The notes beneath the pieces were generated by a model. It saw only the letters and a program-made list of their open reading frames with translations, was not told the origin of the DNA and did not search any database. The position numbers and the translations under genes are program-made. Shown piece by piece: positions 8,743 through 15,338 of a stretch of 24,000 nucleotides of DNA. Every line of letters starts with the position of its first letter. Within the stretch, counting starts at the first letter, position 1. The stretch is from Methanocellales archaeon (GTDB lineage Archaea; Halobacteriota; UBA148): contig JAQURP010000001.1 of NCBI GenBank assembly GCA_028715545.1, forward strand, positions 1-24,000. The letters run 5' to 3'.

Positions 8743-8827
8743 TTAATTATTTGTTATCAGGTTTGTTACCATATTTGGATAAAATTTAATTATTTATTAT
8801 CAAGTTTGTTACCATATTTGTTATCAG
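8743..8827. repeat. two 35-nt direct repeats (33/35 identical, 43-nt period) plus a third partial copy of the ATTTGTTATCAG submotif
   Basis: 8743-8777 is TTAATTATTTGTTATCAGGTTTGTTACCATATTTG and 8786-8820 is TTAATTATTTATTATCAAGTTTGTTACCATATTTG. ATTTGTTATCAG recurs at 8816-8827. Confidence 0.9.
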
Positions 8828-8843
8828 TAGCTATCAGAATGCT

Positions 8844-8849
8844 AAAAAA
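8844..8849 (-). terminator. T6 tract directly after tRNA-Asp
   Basis: Plus-strand AAAAAA at 8844-8849 reads as G-TTTTTT after the discriminator base on the minus strand. Confidence 0.5.
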
Positions 8850-8922
8850 CGCCCGGGTCGGGATTTGAACCCGAGTCGAAGCCTCGACAGGGCTTCATGA
8901 TGGGCCGCTACACTACCCGGGC
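8850..8922 (-). tRNA. tRNA-Asp (anticodon GTC), no encoded CCA
   Basis: Hand-folded cloverleaf. Acceptor GCCCGGG/CCCGGGC, anticodon stem AAGCC/GGCTT with loop CTGTCGA, T-arm TCGGG-TTCAAAT-CCCGA, discriminator G. Confidence 0.9.
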
Positions 8923-8969
8923 AGAAATATTGGGCGGTTCGATCCTTTCAAAACATAATCCGCCCCTAA

Positions 8970-9067
8970 TCCCGCCTCCCGGACTTGAACCGGGGACATC
9001 GCGGTACCTGCGTGTTTTACGCAACAAGAACTACAGCCGCGCACTCTGCCAGCTGAGTTAAGGCGGG
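8970..9067 (-). tRNA. tRNA-Tyr (anticodon GTA) with a 25-nt intron at the canonical 37/38 position
   Basis: Acceptor CCCGCCT/AGGCGGG (the C1-G72 pair typical of archaeal tRNA-Tyr), discriminator A. D-arm ACTC-AGCTGGCA-GAGT, anticodon stem CGCGG/CCGCG, loop CTGTAG|intron|A, T-arm CCCGG-TTCAAGT-CCGGG. Length is 98 nt, against 73 nt mature. Confidence 0.88.
9006..9030 (-). other. tRNA-Tyr intron (bulge-helix-bulge substrate)
   Basis: Nucleotides C32-U35 can pair with GCAG near the intron 3' end to form a 4-bp helix. This leaves 3-nt bulges AG^U and GU^A carrying the two splice sites, which is the canonical archaeal BHB geometry. Confidence 0.7.
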
Positions 9068-9226
9068 CATACTATGACCAAGGTTATACTTATCTCTTTC
9101 TGATATTTTGATAGCACTGTTACTCCAACCTTCTTAAATTTTATGTTATGTTCTCGTACATCTGCACCGAAATCACATCAAACTTATAAACCTTAAACTC
9201 ATTAATTGGTGAAAGTGGTAATAAAC

Positions 9227-9592
9227 ATGAGACAAAAAATCGTAGGGATTGGTGTTTTAATAGTTGTCTCGATTGTTTTGATCGCTTGGTTTGGTTTTAT
9301 GTCTTCTGGAGACACGATAAAGGCCAAAAAGGGTGATACATTTTCCGTATCTCTGGAGTCAAATCCGACCACAGGTTATAGTTGGCAACCACAATTCGAC
9401 TCTAACTACGTTCAGTTAATTGATAGTGATTACGTCCCAAGTCAACCAAATCTCATCGGAGGCGGTGGTAAGGAGACGTTTGATTTTCTTGCTTTGCAGT
9501 CAGGACAAACCGAAATAACATTCTCTTATATGAGGCCCTGGGAATCCCAACCACCTTTGGAGACCAGGGTTTTTAAGGTAGTAATTAAGTGA
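9227..9592 (+). CDS. chagasin-family (I42) cysteine-protease inhibitor with an N-terminal signal anchor
   Basis: Family signature NPTTGYSW, then GGGGKETFDF.A...G...I.F.Y.RPWE. N-terminal MRQKIVGIGVLIVVSIVLIAWFG is hydrophobic. The ATG at 9227 is preferred over the TTG at 9206. Confidence 0.85.
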   Translation: MRQKIVGIGVLIVVSIVLIAWFGFMSSGDTIKAKKGDTFSVSLESNPTTGYSWQPQFDSNYVQLIDSDYVPSQPNLIGGGGKETFDFLALQSGQTEITFSYMRPWESQPPLETRVFKVVIK

Positions 9593-9724
9593 AATTCTTG
9601 GTGTCAGGTCTTAGTATCTCTATGGAAAGAGAAACTTTGACGGAAGCAAATGTGAAAGTAGACCTTGACAGATGTTTAAAACCGAGTTCGACTATTTTTA
9701 GAAAGTATACTTTTTTGTGGTTTC

Positions 9725-9994
9725 TTAAAGTTCGAGTATTAGCTCTCTAATCTCTTTTGTACGATCTGCTATTTTCCCCCAAACCTTATAACAAACAATA
9801 CCAGGTGCGACTATCAAAAGGATAAGCATGACTAAAGAAAGACTCACCTCACCGTTCATAGCAAAAGTTAAAGAAATAAGAAAACCTGTCACCATAACTG
9901 TAAACATTATCCAAGAAATAGTATATAAGGAAGAAGTCAACTCTTGATGTTCAAGCTCCAATGACTTTATCAGCTTCTCCTGTTTATCCAACAT
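9725..9994 (-). CDS. small membrane protein (two predicted TM helices), hypothetical
   Basis: The open frame has two hydrophobic stretches (ISWIMFTVMVTGFLISLTF and LSLVMLILLIVAPGIVCY). The track start is a TTG at 10006; the first ATG is at 9994. Confidence 0.45.
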   Translation of the reverse strand: MLDKQEKLIKSLELEHQELTSSLYTISWIMFTVMVTGFLISLTFAMNGEVSLSLVMLILLIVAPGIVCYKVWGKIADRTKEIRELILEL

Positions 9995-10174
9995 ATAATA
10001 AATCAATAACAGGCTACTATAAAAAGATTAAGAGTTACTTCTACAGGCTTTGTGTGAAAAGGCAGTTTAAGGAGTGATTTCCTCAAAACTCACAGTCCAC
10101 TCTCTAATCCTCACATCACACCCCCAGATCCCTCTAATCCTTGGACTCGGAATCCGAATTCAAGAATGCCTTAT

Positions 10175-10987
10175 CTAACTGAACATTAAAACTATCCTTG
10201 CTGCCTCCATCTGTGTGATCGTCTTATCCTTGGCATATTCGCTGAGTTTCTTAATGTCCGATAGGGTGAGCTTAATCTCAGGAAGACCCTCTATTGAGCC
10301 TTCAGTAAATACGATGGTGCTTTTTGTCCTGTCGTACTCAGCGACATATTGACCAAGCACCACTGTGCCATCGGTAACAATGATCTGGTACCTAGTGGAA
10401 ACGGTTTCAGGAAGGTTGAATTTGATTGATATTGGGGTATTGAGGAATGCCTTTTCGTATGTATCCAGAAATGTTTCAGGCACCCCTGTTCTTATTTCTG
10501 CCTCTTCTCTCATCGTTGCTCTGATTCTGTTGTTTGCCCCTAATGCGATCTCTAAACCCTTTTTGCTCTGCTCAGGCATCCTTGTAGAGTTTAGCAAGTT
10601 TTGGAGAACTTCGGTATGTCTGTCAAGTTGTTTTTCTGCATCGTTAAGAGCGCCCATTTCGACTCTTTCTCTATTTGTAGTGCTTATTTGATCGCTTTTT
10701 TTTGCGTATTCTGATGCTATTTGCGGAATGAGATCCTCTCTACTGTTCTCCGTACACCACTCCATTTCATCCACTCGTTTTTGGGCATGTGTCAGTTGCT
10801 TGGCTAACTTGGATTCCGGGGATATTGAGAGAGTTTCCCCAAGGTTCTCCACGCGCAAGTTCAATGAATATAATGCCTTATTTTTGATGATGACCTCGTT
10901 TACCTTTGCTGTCTCCTGTGCAGCTACGGGCACAACGCTAAGCAAATACATCAACATTATTGCAATTCCTAAGATTTTTTGTCTCAT
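10175..10987 (-). CDS. secreted hypothetical protein (signal peptide, helical N-half, beta-rich C-half)
   Basis: N-terminal MRQKILGIAIMLMYLLSVVPVAAQE looks like a signal peptide. No recognisable catalytic motif. Confidence 0.6.
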   Translation of the reverse strand: MRQKILGIAIMLMYLLSVVPVAAQETAKVNEVIIKNKALYSLNLRVENLGETLSISPESKLAKQLTHAQKRVDEMEWCTENSREDLIPQIASEYAKKSDQISTTNRERVEMGALNDAEKQLDRHTEVLQNLLNSTRMPEQSKKGLEIALGANNRIRATMREEAEIRTGVPETFLDTYEKAFLNTPISIKFNLPETVSTRYQIIVTDGTVVLGQYVAEYDRTKSTIVFTEGSIEGLPEIKLTLSDIKKLSEYAKDKTITQMEAARIVLMFS

Positions 10988-11204
10988 TTTACCGTCTCAT
11001 TTTACTAAACCGATCCTTTCGATTCTCACCTCAGTTGTAACCCTATAATGGTTATGTGTTTGGATTAGTGGTTTAGGATTTGTTTTTTTTACCATTTAGG
11101 CTTTGTTTTATTTATAATCCTCTCATCATACTCCGGATTACCTTACAAGCCTCATGCTTAGGATGCAAATTCAAGAAGACTATTGTGTGCCGATTGTACC
11201 TAAA

Positions 11205-11237
11205 TTAAGCGCTTTCCACCACGCTTAAACTTATATT
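11205..11237 (+). promoter_or_regulatory. 7-bp inverted repeat (TTAAGCG-N10-CGCTTAA) abutting a TATA-like box (CTTATATT) upstream of mtd
   Basis: IR arms lie at 11205-11211 and 11222-11228. The TATA-like box at 11230-11237 ends 23 nt before the ATG at 11260. Confidence 0.3.
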
Positions 11238-11259
11238 GCGTTCTGTATAATGAATTATC

Positions 11260-12072
11260 ATGGCAAAAATAGGTGTAATAAAACTTGGGAATTTAGGAAT
11301 ATCTCAGGTCGTTGACCTACTGCTGGACGAGAGGGCTGATAGGGACATAGATGTTCGCACAGCAGGCTCAGGGGCAAAGATGGGAACAGTTGAAGCCACA
11401 GCTATAGCGACCTTGATGGAATGGGACCCTGATCTGGTGGTTGTGGTCAGCCCAAACGCCTCACTTCCAGGGCCGACCAAGGCAAGAGAATCCGTTGGTG
11501 ATAAACCCTGCATCATCATCTCTGATGCGCCTGCGAAGAAGATTACGGATGAGCTGGCAGAAAAAGGCTTTGGATACATCCTTCTAAGAGGTGATCCCCT
11601 CATTGGTGCAAGGCGAGAATTCCTCGATCCGACTGAGATGGCGCTCTTTAATTCAGATGTTTTGAAGGTGTTAACGACATGTGGTGCAGTACGCTTGATC
11701 CAGGAAGAACTGGGTGCAGCAATCGAGGGTATTCAACAGGGAAACGTAAAGTTGCCGCATATCATCGCAGATGCGGAGACGGTGGTTGATCGAGCAAGGT
11801 TTTCAAATCCCTATGCCAAGGCAAAGGCAATAGCTGCATACAAGATGGCTGAACTCGTTGCAGAGATGAACGTTCAAACGTGTTTCGTCATAAAGGAACC
11901 TCCCAGGTATATTATGATGGGTGCTGCTGCCCACGAGGTTATGAGAGCTGCGGCATTGCTTGCTGACATGGCGAGGGAGGTCGAGAAGAGCGGCGACATG
12001 GTCTCGCGAAGACCCCATGCCGGCACAGGACAAATTCTGGATAAGACCAGTTTGCTGGAGAAGCCAAGGTGA
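11260..12072 (+). CDS. mtd: F420-dependent methylenetetrahydromethanopterin dehydrogenase
   Basis: Collinear with Mtd as I recall it: IKLGNLG.S...DLLLDERADR, GARREFLDPTEMA..N.D.LKVL, NPYAKAKA.AA...AE, AAHE.MR.AA.LAD.ARE.EKS.D...R.PH. Confidence 0.95.
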   Translation: MAKIGVIKLGNLGISQVVDLLLDERADRDIDVRTAGSGAKMGTVEATAIATLMEWDPDLVVVVSPNASLPGPTKARESVGDKPCIIISDAPAKKITDELAEKGFGYILLRGDPLIGARREFLDPTEMALFNSDVLKVLTTCGAVRLIQEELGAAIEGIQQGNVKLPHIIADAETVVDRARFSNPYAKAKAIAAYKMAELVAEMNVQTCFVIKEPPRYIMMGAAAHEVMRAAALLADMAREVEKSGDMVSRRPHAGTGQILDKTSLLEKPR

Positions 12073-12075
12073 AAA

Positions 12076-12597
12076 ATGAAAAAGTGCCTGACCTGTGATA
12101 TGATTCACATGCTTGACAAAAGCTATCCCATCAGAGATGCAAGGCATGGGACATCATCAGGAAGGTGCGGTTGGCATGCTTGGGACGATGATGAGGTGTG
12201 GATTTGCGATGTCTGCGGGAGCCCCCAGTTCGATGAAAATATAGCTTGGTGCCCTAAACACGACAAATATGTTTGCAGGAGTTGCGCTGAACACCAAAGA
12301 ATAGAAGAAAATTATTGGTTTTGGTCACACTATCTTCTGGTCAAGTGCCCCGCCTGTGGGGGGGAGCATCCCACCCTGAGCAGGGCAGAGTATCTGGGGG
12401 AGCATCCATGGCAGACAAATCCCTATGAATGCATGGACCTGCCGATATGGTATCCCGGGGGCAGAATTCTAACCGAAGTCCCAAAAAAGAAAATAGTCTC
12501 ATGCCCCTCTTGCCAAAGACAATTAACGGTTAGCAAGGTTGGAGAATATCAGTGTCCATCATGCCATAACAGATTCGTCGTAAAAGGAAAAATTTAA
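12076..12597 (+). CDS. Cys-rich, Trp-rich zinc-ribbon protein, function unknown
   Basis: Six CxxC pairs (C4/C7, C44/C47, C66/C69, C91/C94, C143/C146, C160/C163) are enough for three Cys4 metal sites. The ATG lies 3 nt after the mtd TGA, and AAGGTGA (12066-12072) overlaps that stop. Confidence 0.7.
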   Translation: MKKCLTCDMIHMLDKSYPIRDARHGTSSGRCGWHAWDDDEVWICDVCGSPQFDENIAWCPKHDKYVCRSCAEHQRIEENYWFWSHYLLVKCPACGGEHPTLSRAEYLGEHPWQTNPYECMDLPIWYPGGRILTEVPKKKIVSCPSCQRQLTVSKVGEYQCPSCHNRFVVKGKI

Positions 12598-12601
12598 TAA
12601 A

Positions 12602-12606
12602 TTTTT
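12602..12606 (+). terminator. T5 tract after the double stop (TAATAA) of the zinc-ribbon ORF
   Basis: TAATAAATTTTTATTTATT directly follows the ORF. Confidence 0.4.
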
Positions 12607-12803
12607 ATTTATTCTATCTATATGGATGGATCGATGTATAATAGTTGGTATGACTCACCTTCCAAGCCCTTCAGGTTCATTACCGATATTTTGCAATCTT
12701 CACCTTCTTTAGCAGGTCTCTTGATATCTGTTTTTCATCTGAGTCCGTAGTTATGTGCGTGCGCACAGACATAAAGGAAAGACCGTACCCACCCCACCAT
12801 GAG

Positions 12804-13436
12804 TTATTTAATTCCTAAAATCTCCTTTGCCTTCACTACCGCTTCTCTGGCATCCCCTGCATATGCATCCGCACCTATCTCGTCTGCAAATTCCTGTGTG
12901 ACGGGCGCGCCACCAACCATTACCTTCACATCCTCCCTCAACCGCGCACTTTCTAACGCCTTGATAACCTCCTTCATCGAAGACAGGGTGGCGTTGAGCA
13001 ATGCAGACAACCCTAATATGTCTGGTTTTTTTGTCCTAACGATCTCAACGAACCTCTCAGACGGAACATCTATGCCTACATCAATAACATGAAAACCAGC
13101 ACCCTCCAGCATCATCGCAACGAGATTCTTGCCAATATCATGTATGTCCCCCTTCACTGTACCTATTGCTATTACACCCAAGGGTTTCATGTCGCTTCTG
13201 GAAAGCAATGGTTTCAGTATTTCTAGCGAGGCATGCATAGCCCTTGCAGACATAAGGACTTCGGGAACCGAGATATCTTTCTTTTTAAACCTTATCCCAA
13301 CGATATCCATTCCTGGTATTAGTCCCTTGTTGACGATTACCTCGGGTTTAATCCCCTGCTCCAAAAACTCTTCCGTTAACCTTTTCACCTCTGGCATGTT
13401 GCCATCTACAATGGATTTGGACATCTCATCTAGCAT
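12804..13436 (-). CDS. methyltransferase-type corrinoid (B12-binding) protein, MtaC/MtbC/MttC-like
   Basis: Helical cap N-domain followed by a Rossmann B12-binding domain. It carries the DxHxxG motif (GDIHDIGKN), the S-x-L motif (GLSALL) and the GG motif (VMVGGAPV). Its size (210 aa) matches stand-alone methanogen corrinoid proteins. Confidence 0.9.
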   Translation of the reverse strand: MLDEMSKSIVDGNMPEVKRLTEEFLEQGIKPEVIVNKGLIPGMDIVGIRFKKKDISVPEVLMSARAMHASLEILKPLLSRSDMKPLGVIAIGTVKGDIHDIGKNLVAMMLEGAGFHVIDVGIDVPSERFVEIVRTKKPDILGLSALLNATLSSMKEVIKALESARLREDVKVMVGGAPVTQEFADEIGADAYAGDAREAVVKAKEILGIK

Positions 13437-13492
13437 TTATTTACCTTTATTCACTTGATTGTTAATGACTTTTTCTAAGAAGGACAGTTAGC

Positions 13493-13499
13493 TTTAAAA
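13493..13499 (+). promoter_or_regulatory. TATA-like TTTAAAA 25 nt upstream of the activator ATG, inside an 87-nt divergent intergenic region
   Basis: Spacing fits a leaderless mRNA. The corrinoid gene on the other strand instead has AAGGT 6 nt before its ATG. Confidence 0.3.
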
Positions 13500-13523
13500 C
13501 AGACGTACTCATCTTATTTAAGG

Positions 13524-15338
13524 ATGGAAATAGTTTTTCAGCCAGATGGGAAGAGAGTTCGGGTGGATAAGGGAACGACCATCATGGAAGCCGCTGTAAT
13601 CGCAGGCATTCCTTTGGAGACGGTATGTGGTGGCAAGGGAATATGTGGCAAATGTAAGGTCAGGCTGATCAAGGGCGATTCTCTGGGAGGAGATTCCAAA
13701 GGCGGTCTCGTGTTGGCTTGTCAGACCAAAATAATCAGCGATGCAGTCATAGAAGTTCCAGCAGGTACAAGGCTTCTGGAGCAAAAAATACTCGTTGGAG
13801 GGATGGAGAAAAAAATACCTCTCAACCCTAACGTGCGTAAGGTATATCTGAAACTAGCCAAGCCATCCTTGAGCGATCAAAAATCGGATTTGAGCAGGAT
13901 AACATGCGCTCTAGAAAGGAAGGGCATCGTTTTAGGGAATGTCAGTCTTGACTTCATACGGCAACTTCCAATCAAACTCCGGAATTCCGATTTCAAGGTC
14001 ACGGTCATATTAATTGGCAATGATCTGGTTGGGGTAGAAGAGGGAGATACGACTGACAAAAAATATGGTATTAGCTTCGACATAGGGACGACGACCGTTG
14101 TTGGTTACCTGGTTGACCTAAATACGGGCAAGGAGATGGCTGTTGCATCAAGAATGAATCCCCAGGTGGTATATGGGGAGGATGTGGTATCAAGGATAGA
14201 TTTTGCCAAGACCGATGAGGGTCTGAGGGAGCTAAATGATAAGATCATGCAAGCTGTCAACGAGATAATCGATGAAGTCAGCGTTTGCATAGAAAACATC
14301 TATGAGGTAAGTATTGTTGGGAACACTTGCATGCTCCATCTGTTTCTAAACATAACCCCCACGAACTTAGCCCTCTCACCGTATGTTTCCGTTCTCAAAG
14401 ATCCAGTTAACATAAAAGCAAGTGAATTGGGAGTAAAGGTCAACGAAAAAGCGAATATACATGTTTTGCCAACCATAGCAGGTTTCGTTGGTGCCGACAC
14501 CATTGGCGTATTGTTGGCATCTCAGCTGGATGAGGGAGACGACATTCGGTTGGCGATAGATATCGGTACTAATGTAGAGATAGCTCTAGGATCAAAGGAA
14601 AAGATCATTGCCTGCTCTGCTGCAGCTGGTCCGGCGTTTGAAGGGGCAAAAATCCGGCATGGAATGAGAGCTGCTCCGGGAGCAATACATAGGGTTGTCA
14701 TTTCGGATGGCGTTGTATACGGAAAAACGATCGATAATGCTATGGCGAGAGGCATAACTGGCTCTGGGCTTGTGGATGCCATAGCTGAGATGTTGAAGAA
14801 CCGTATAATTAGTAACAGTGGAAAGATTTCAGATGACTCGGAGATACACGCCTTGTATGGTGACAGGTTGGTTCACGAGGGGGGTGAGGCTGCGTTCCTC
14901 TTGGCTAGAAGCATTACTGTGACACAAGGCGACATCAGAGAGCTTCAACTGGCCAAAGGCGCTATCTATGCTGGTACCAATATATTGATGAAAGATTTAG
15001 GAATAAAAACTTCTGATATCAAAGAAATACTTCTTGCTGGGGCTTTTGGCACATCACTGCCAAAGGAAAATGCACAAGTGATTGGGCTGATCCCAGATAT
15101 ATCTCTAGACCTGGTGAAAGACATTGGTAACGCGGCTGGAGTAGGATCTAAGATGGCATTAATATCAAAAAATGAGAGATTAAAGGCAGAACTCCTGTCT
15201 AAAAAAGTGGAATACGTGGAATTATCTGGGCGAAAGGATTTCCAAGACGAGTTCATGGATGCCATGTTCTTCCCGCATTCAAACCTGGATTATTTTCCAA
15301 ACGTTGCTAGGCTAATCCACTCCACTTCTTTTCGATGA
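13524..15338 (+). CDS. RACo/RamA-family ATP-dependent reductive activator of corrinoid proteins (N-terminal 2Fe-2S ferredoxin domain plus ASKHA ATPase domain)
   Basis: The N-terminus has the plant-ferredoxin-like Cys pattern CGGKGICGKCKV...LACQ (C-x5-C-x2-C...C). ASKHA phosphate motifs are ISFDIGTTTVVG and LAIDIGTNVEIAL. The length of about 600 aa matches the COG3894 / DUF4445 architecture. Confidence 0.88.
   Translation: MEIVFQPDGKRVRVDKGTTIMEAAVIAGIPLETVCGGKGICGKCKVRLIKGDSLGGDSKGGLVLACQTKIISDAVIEVPAGTRLLEQKILVGGMEKKIPLNPNVRKVYLKLAKPSLSDQKSDLSRITCALERKGIVLGNVSLDFIRQLPIKLRNSDFKVTVILIGNDLVGVEEGDTTDKKYGISFDIGTTTVVGYLVDLNTGKEMAVASRMNPQVVYGEDVVSRIDFAKTDEGLRELNDKIMQAVNEIIDEVSVCIENIYEVSIVGNTCMLHLFLNITPTNLALSPYVSVLKDPVNIKASELGVKVNEKANIHVLPTIAGFVGADTIGVLLASQLDEGDDIRLAIDIGTNVEIALGSKEKIIACSAAAGPAFEGAKIRHGMRAAPGAIHRVVISDGVVYGKTIDNAMARGITGSGLVDAIAEMLKNRIISNSGKISDDSEIHALYGDRLVHEGGEAAFLLARSITVTQGDIRELQLAKGAIYAGTNILMKDLGIKTSDIKEILLAGAFGTSLPKENAQVIGLIPDISLDLVKDIGNAAGVGSKMALISKNERLKAELLSKKVEYVELSGRKDFQDEFMDAMFFPHSNLDYFPNVARLIHSTSFR

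Noticed and set aside
8119-8789. 197-aa and 104-aa plus-strand ORFs overlapping ftsZ
   Set aside because: They are antisense shadows of the Gly/Ala-rich FtsZ coding sequence. They have no start context and no recognisable domain.
8923-8969. Spacer between tRNA-Tyr and tRNA-Asp: GGGCGG...CCGCCC hairpin and a plus-strand GGTTCGATCC T-loop-like string, considered as a tRNA fragment or integration scar
   Set aside because: No complementary T-stem or acceptor half can be built. It does not duplicate the 3' end of either neighbouring tRNA, and no integrase is nearby. It is most simply a processing spacer in a dicistronic tRNA transcript.
10081-10140. 60-nt tract with only two G on the plus strand (G-rich on the minus strand), considered as a G-quadruplex or structured RNA
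   Set aside because: Only two runs of three or more G occur on the minus strand, so it cannot form a canonical G4. No convincing stem structure was found. It is likely just a compositionally skewed 3' UTR or spacer.
11206-11212. 7-mer TAAGCGC shared by the mtd promoter dyad and the cdh upstream dyad (23721-23727 on the minus strand), considered as a common C1 regulon operator
   Set aside because: A 7-mer is expected to occur a few times by chance in 48 kb of two-strand sequence. The surrounding dyads differ in arm sequence and spacing.
12752-12773. Imperfect 22-bp palindrome TATGTGCGTGCGCACAGACATA between the convergent zinc-ribbon and corrinoid genes
   Set aside because: It is real in the sequence, but it has two central mismatches and no adjoining T-tract. 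No function can be assigned beyond a possible 3' hairpin.
12804-13436. Looked for in-frame TAG (pyrrolysine) signals around the corrinoid gene
   Set aside because: No methylamine methyltransferase-like ORF and no TAG-interrupted long frame exists in this window. The only interrupted frame is the TAA in the tautomerase gene.
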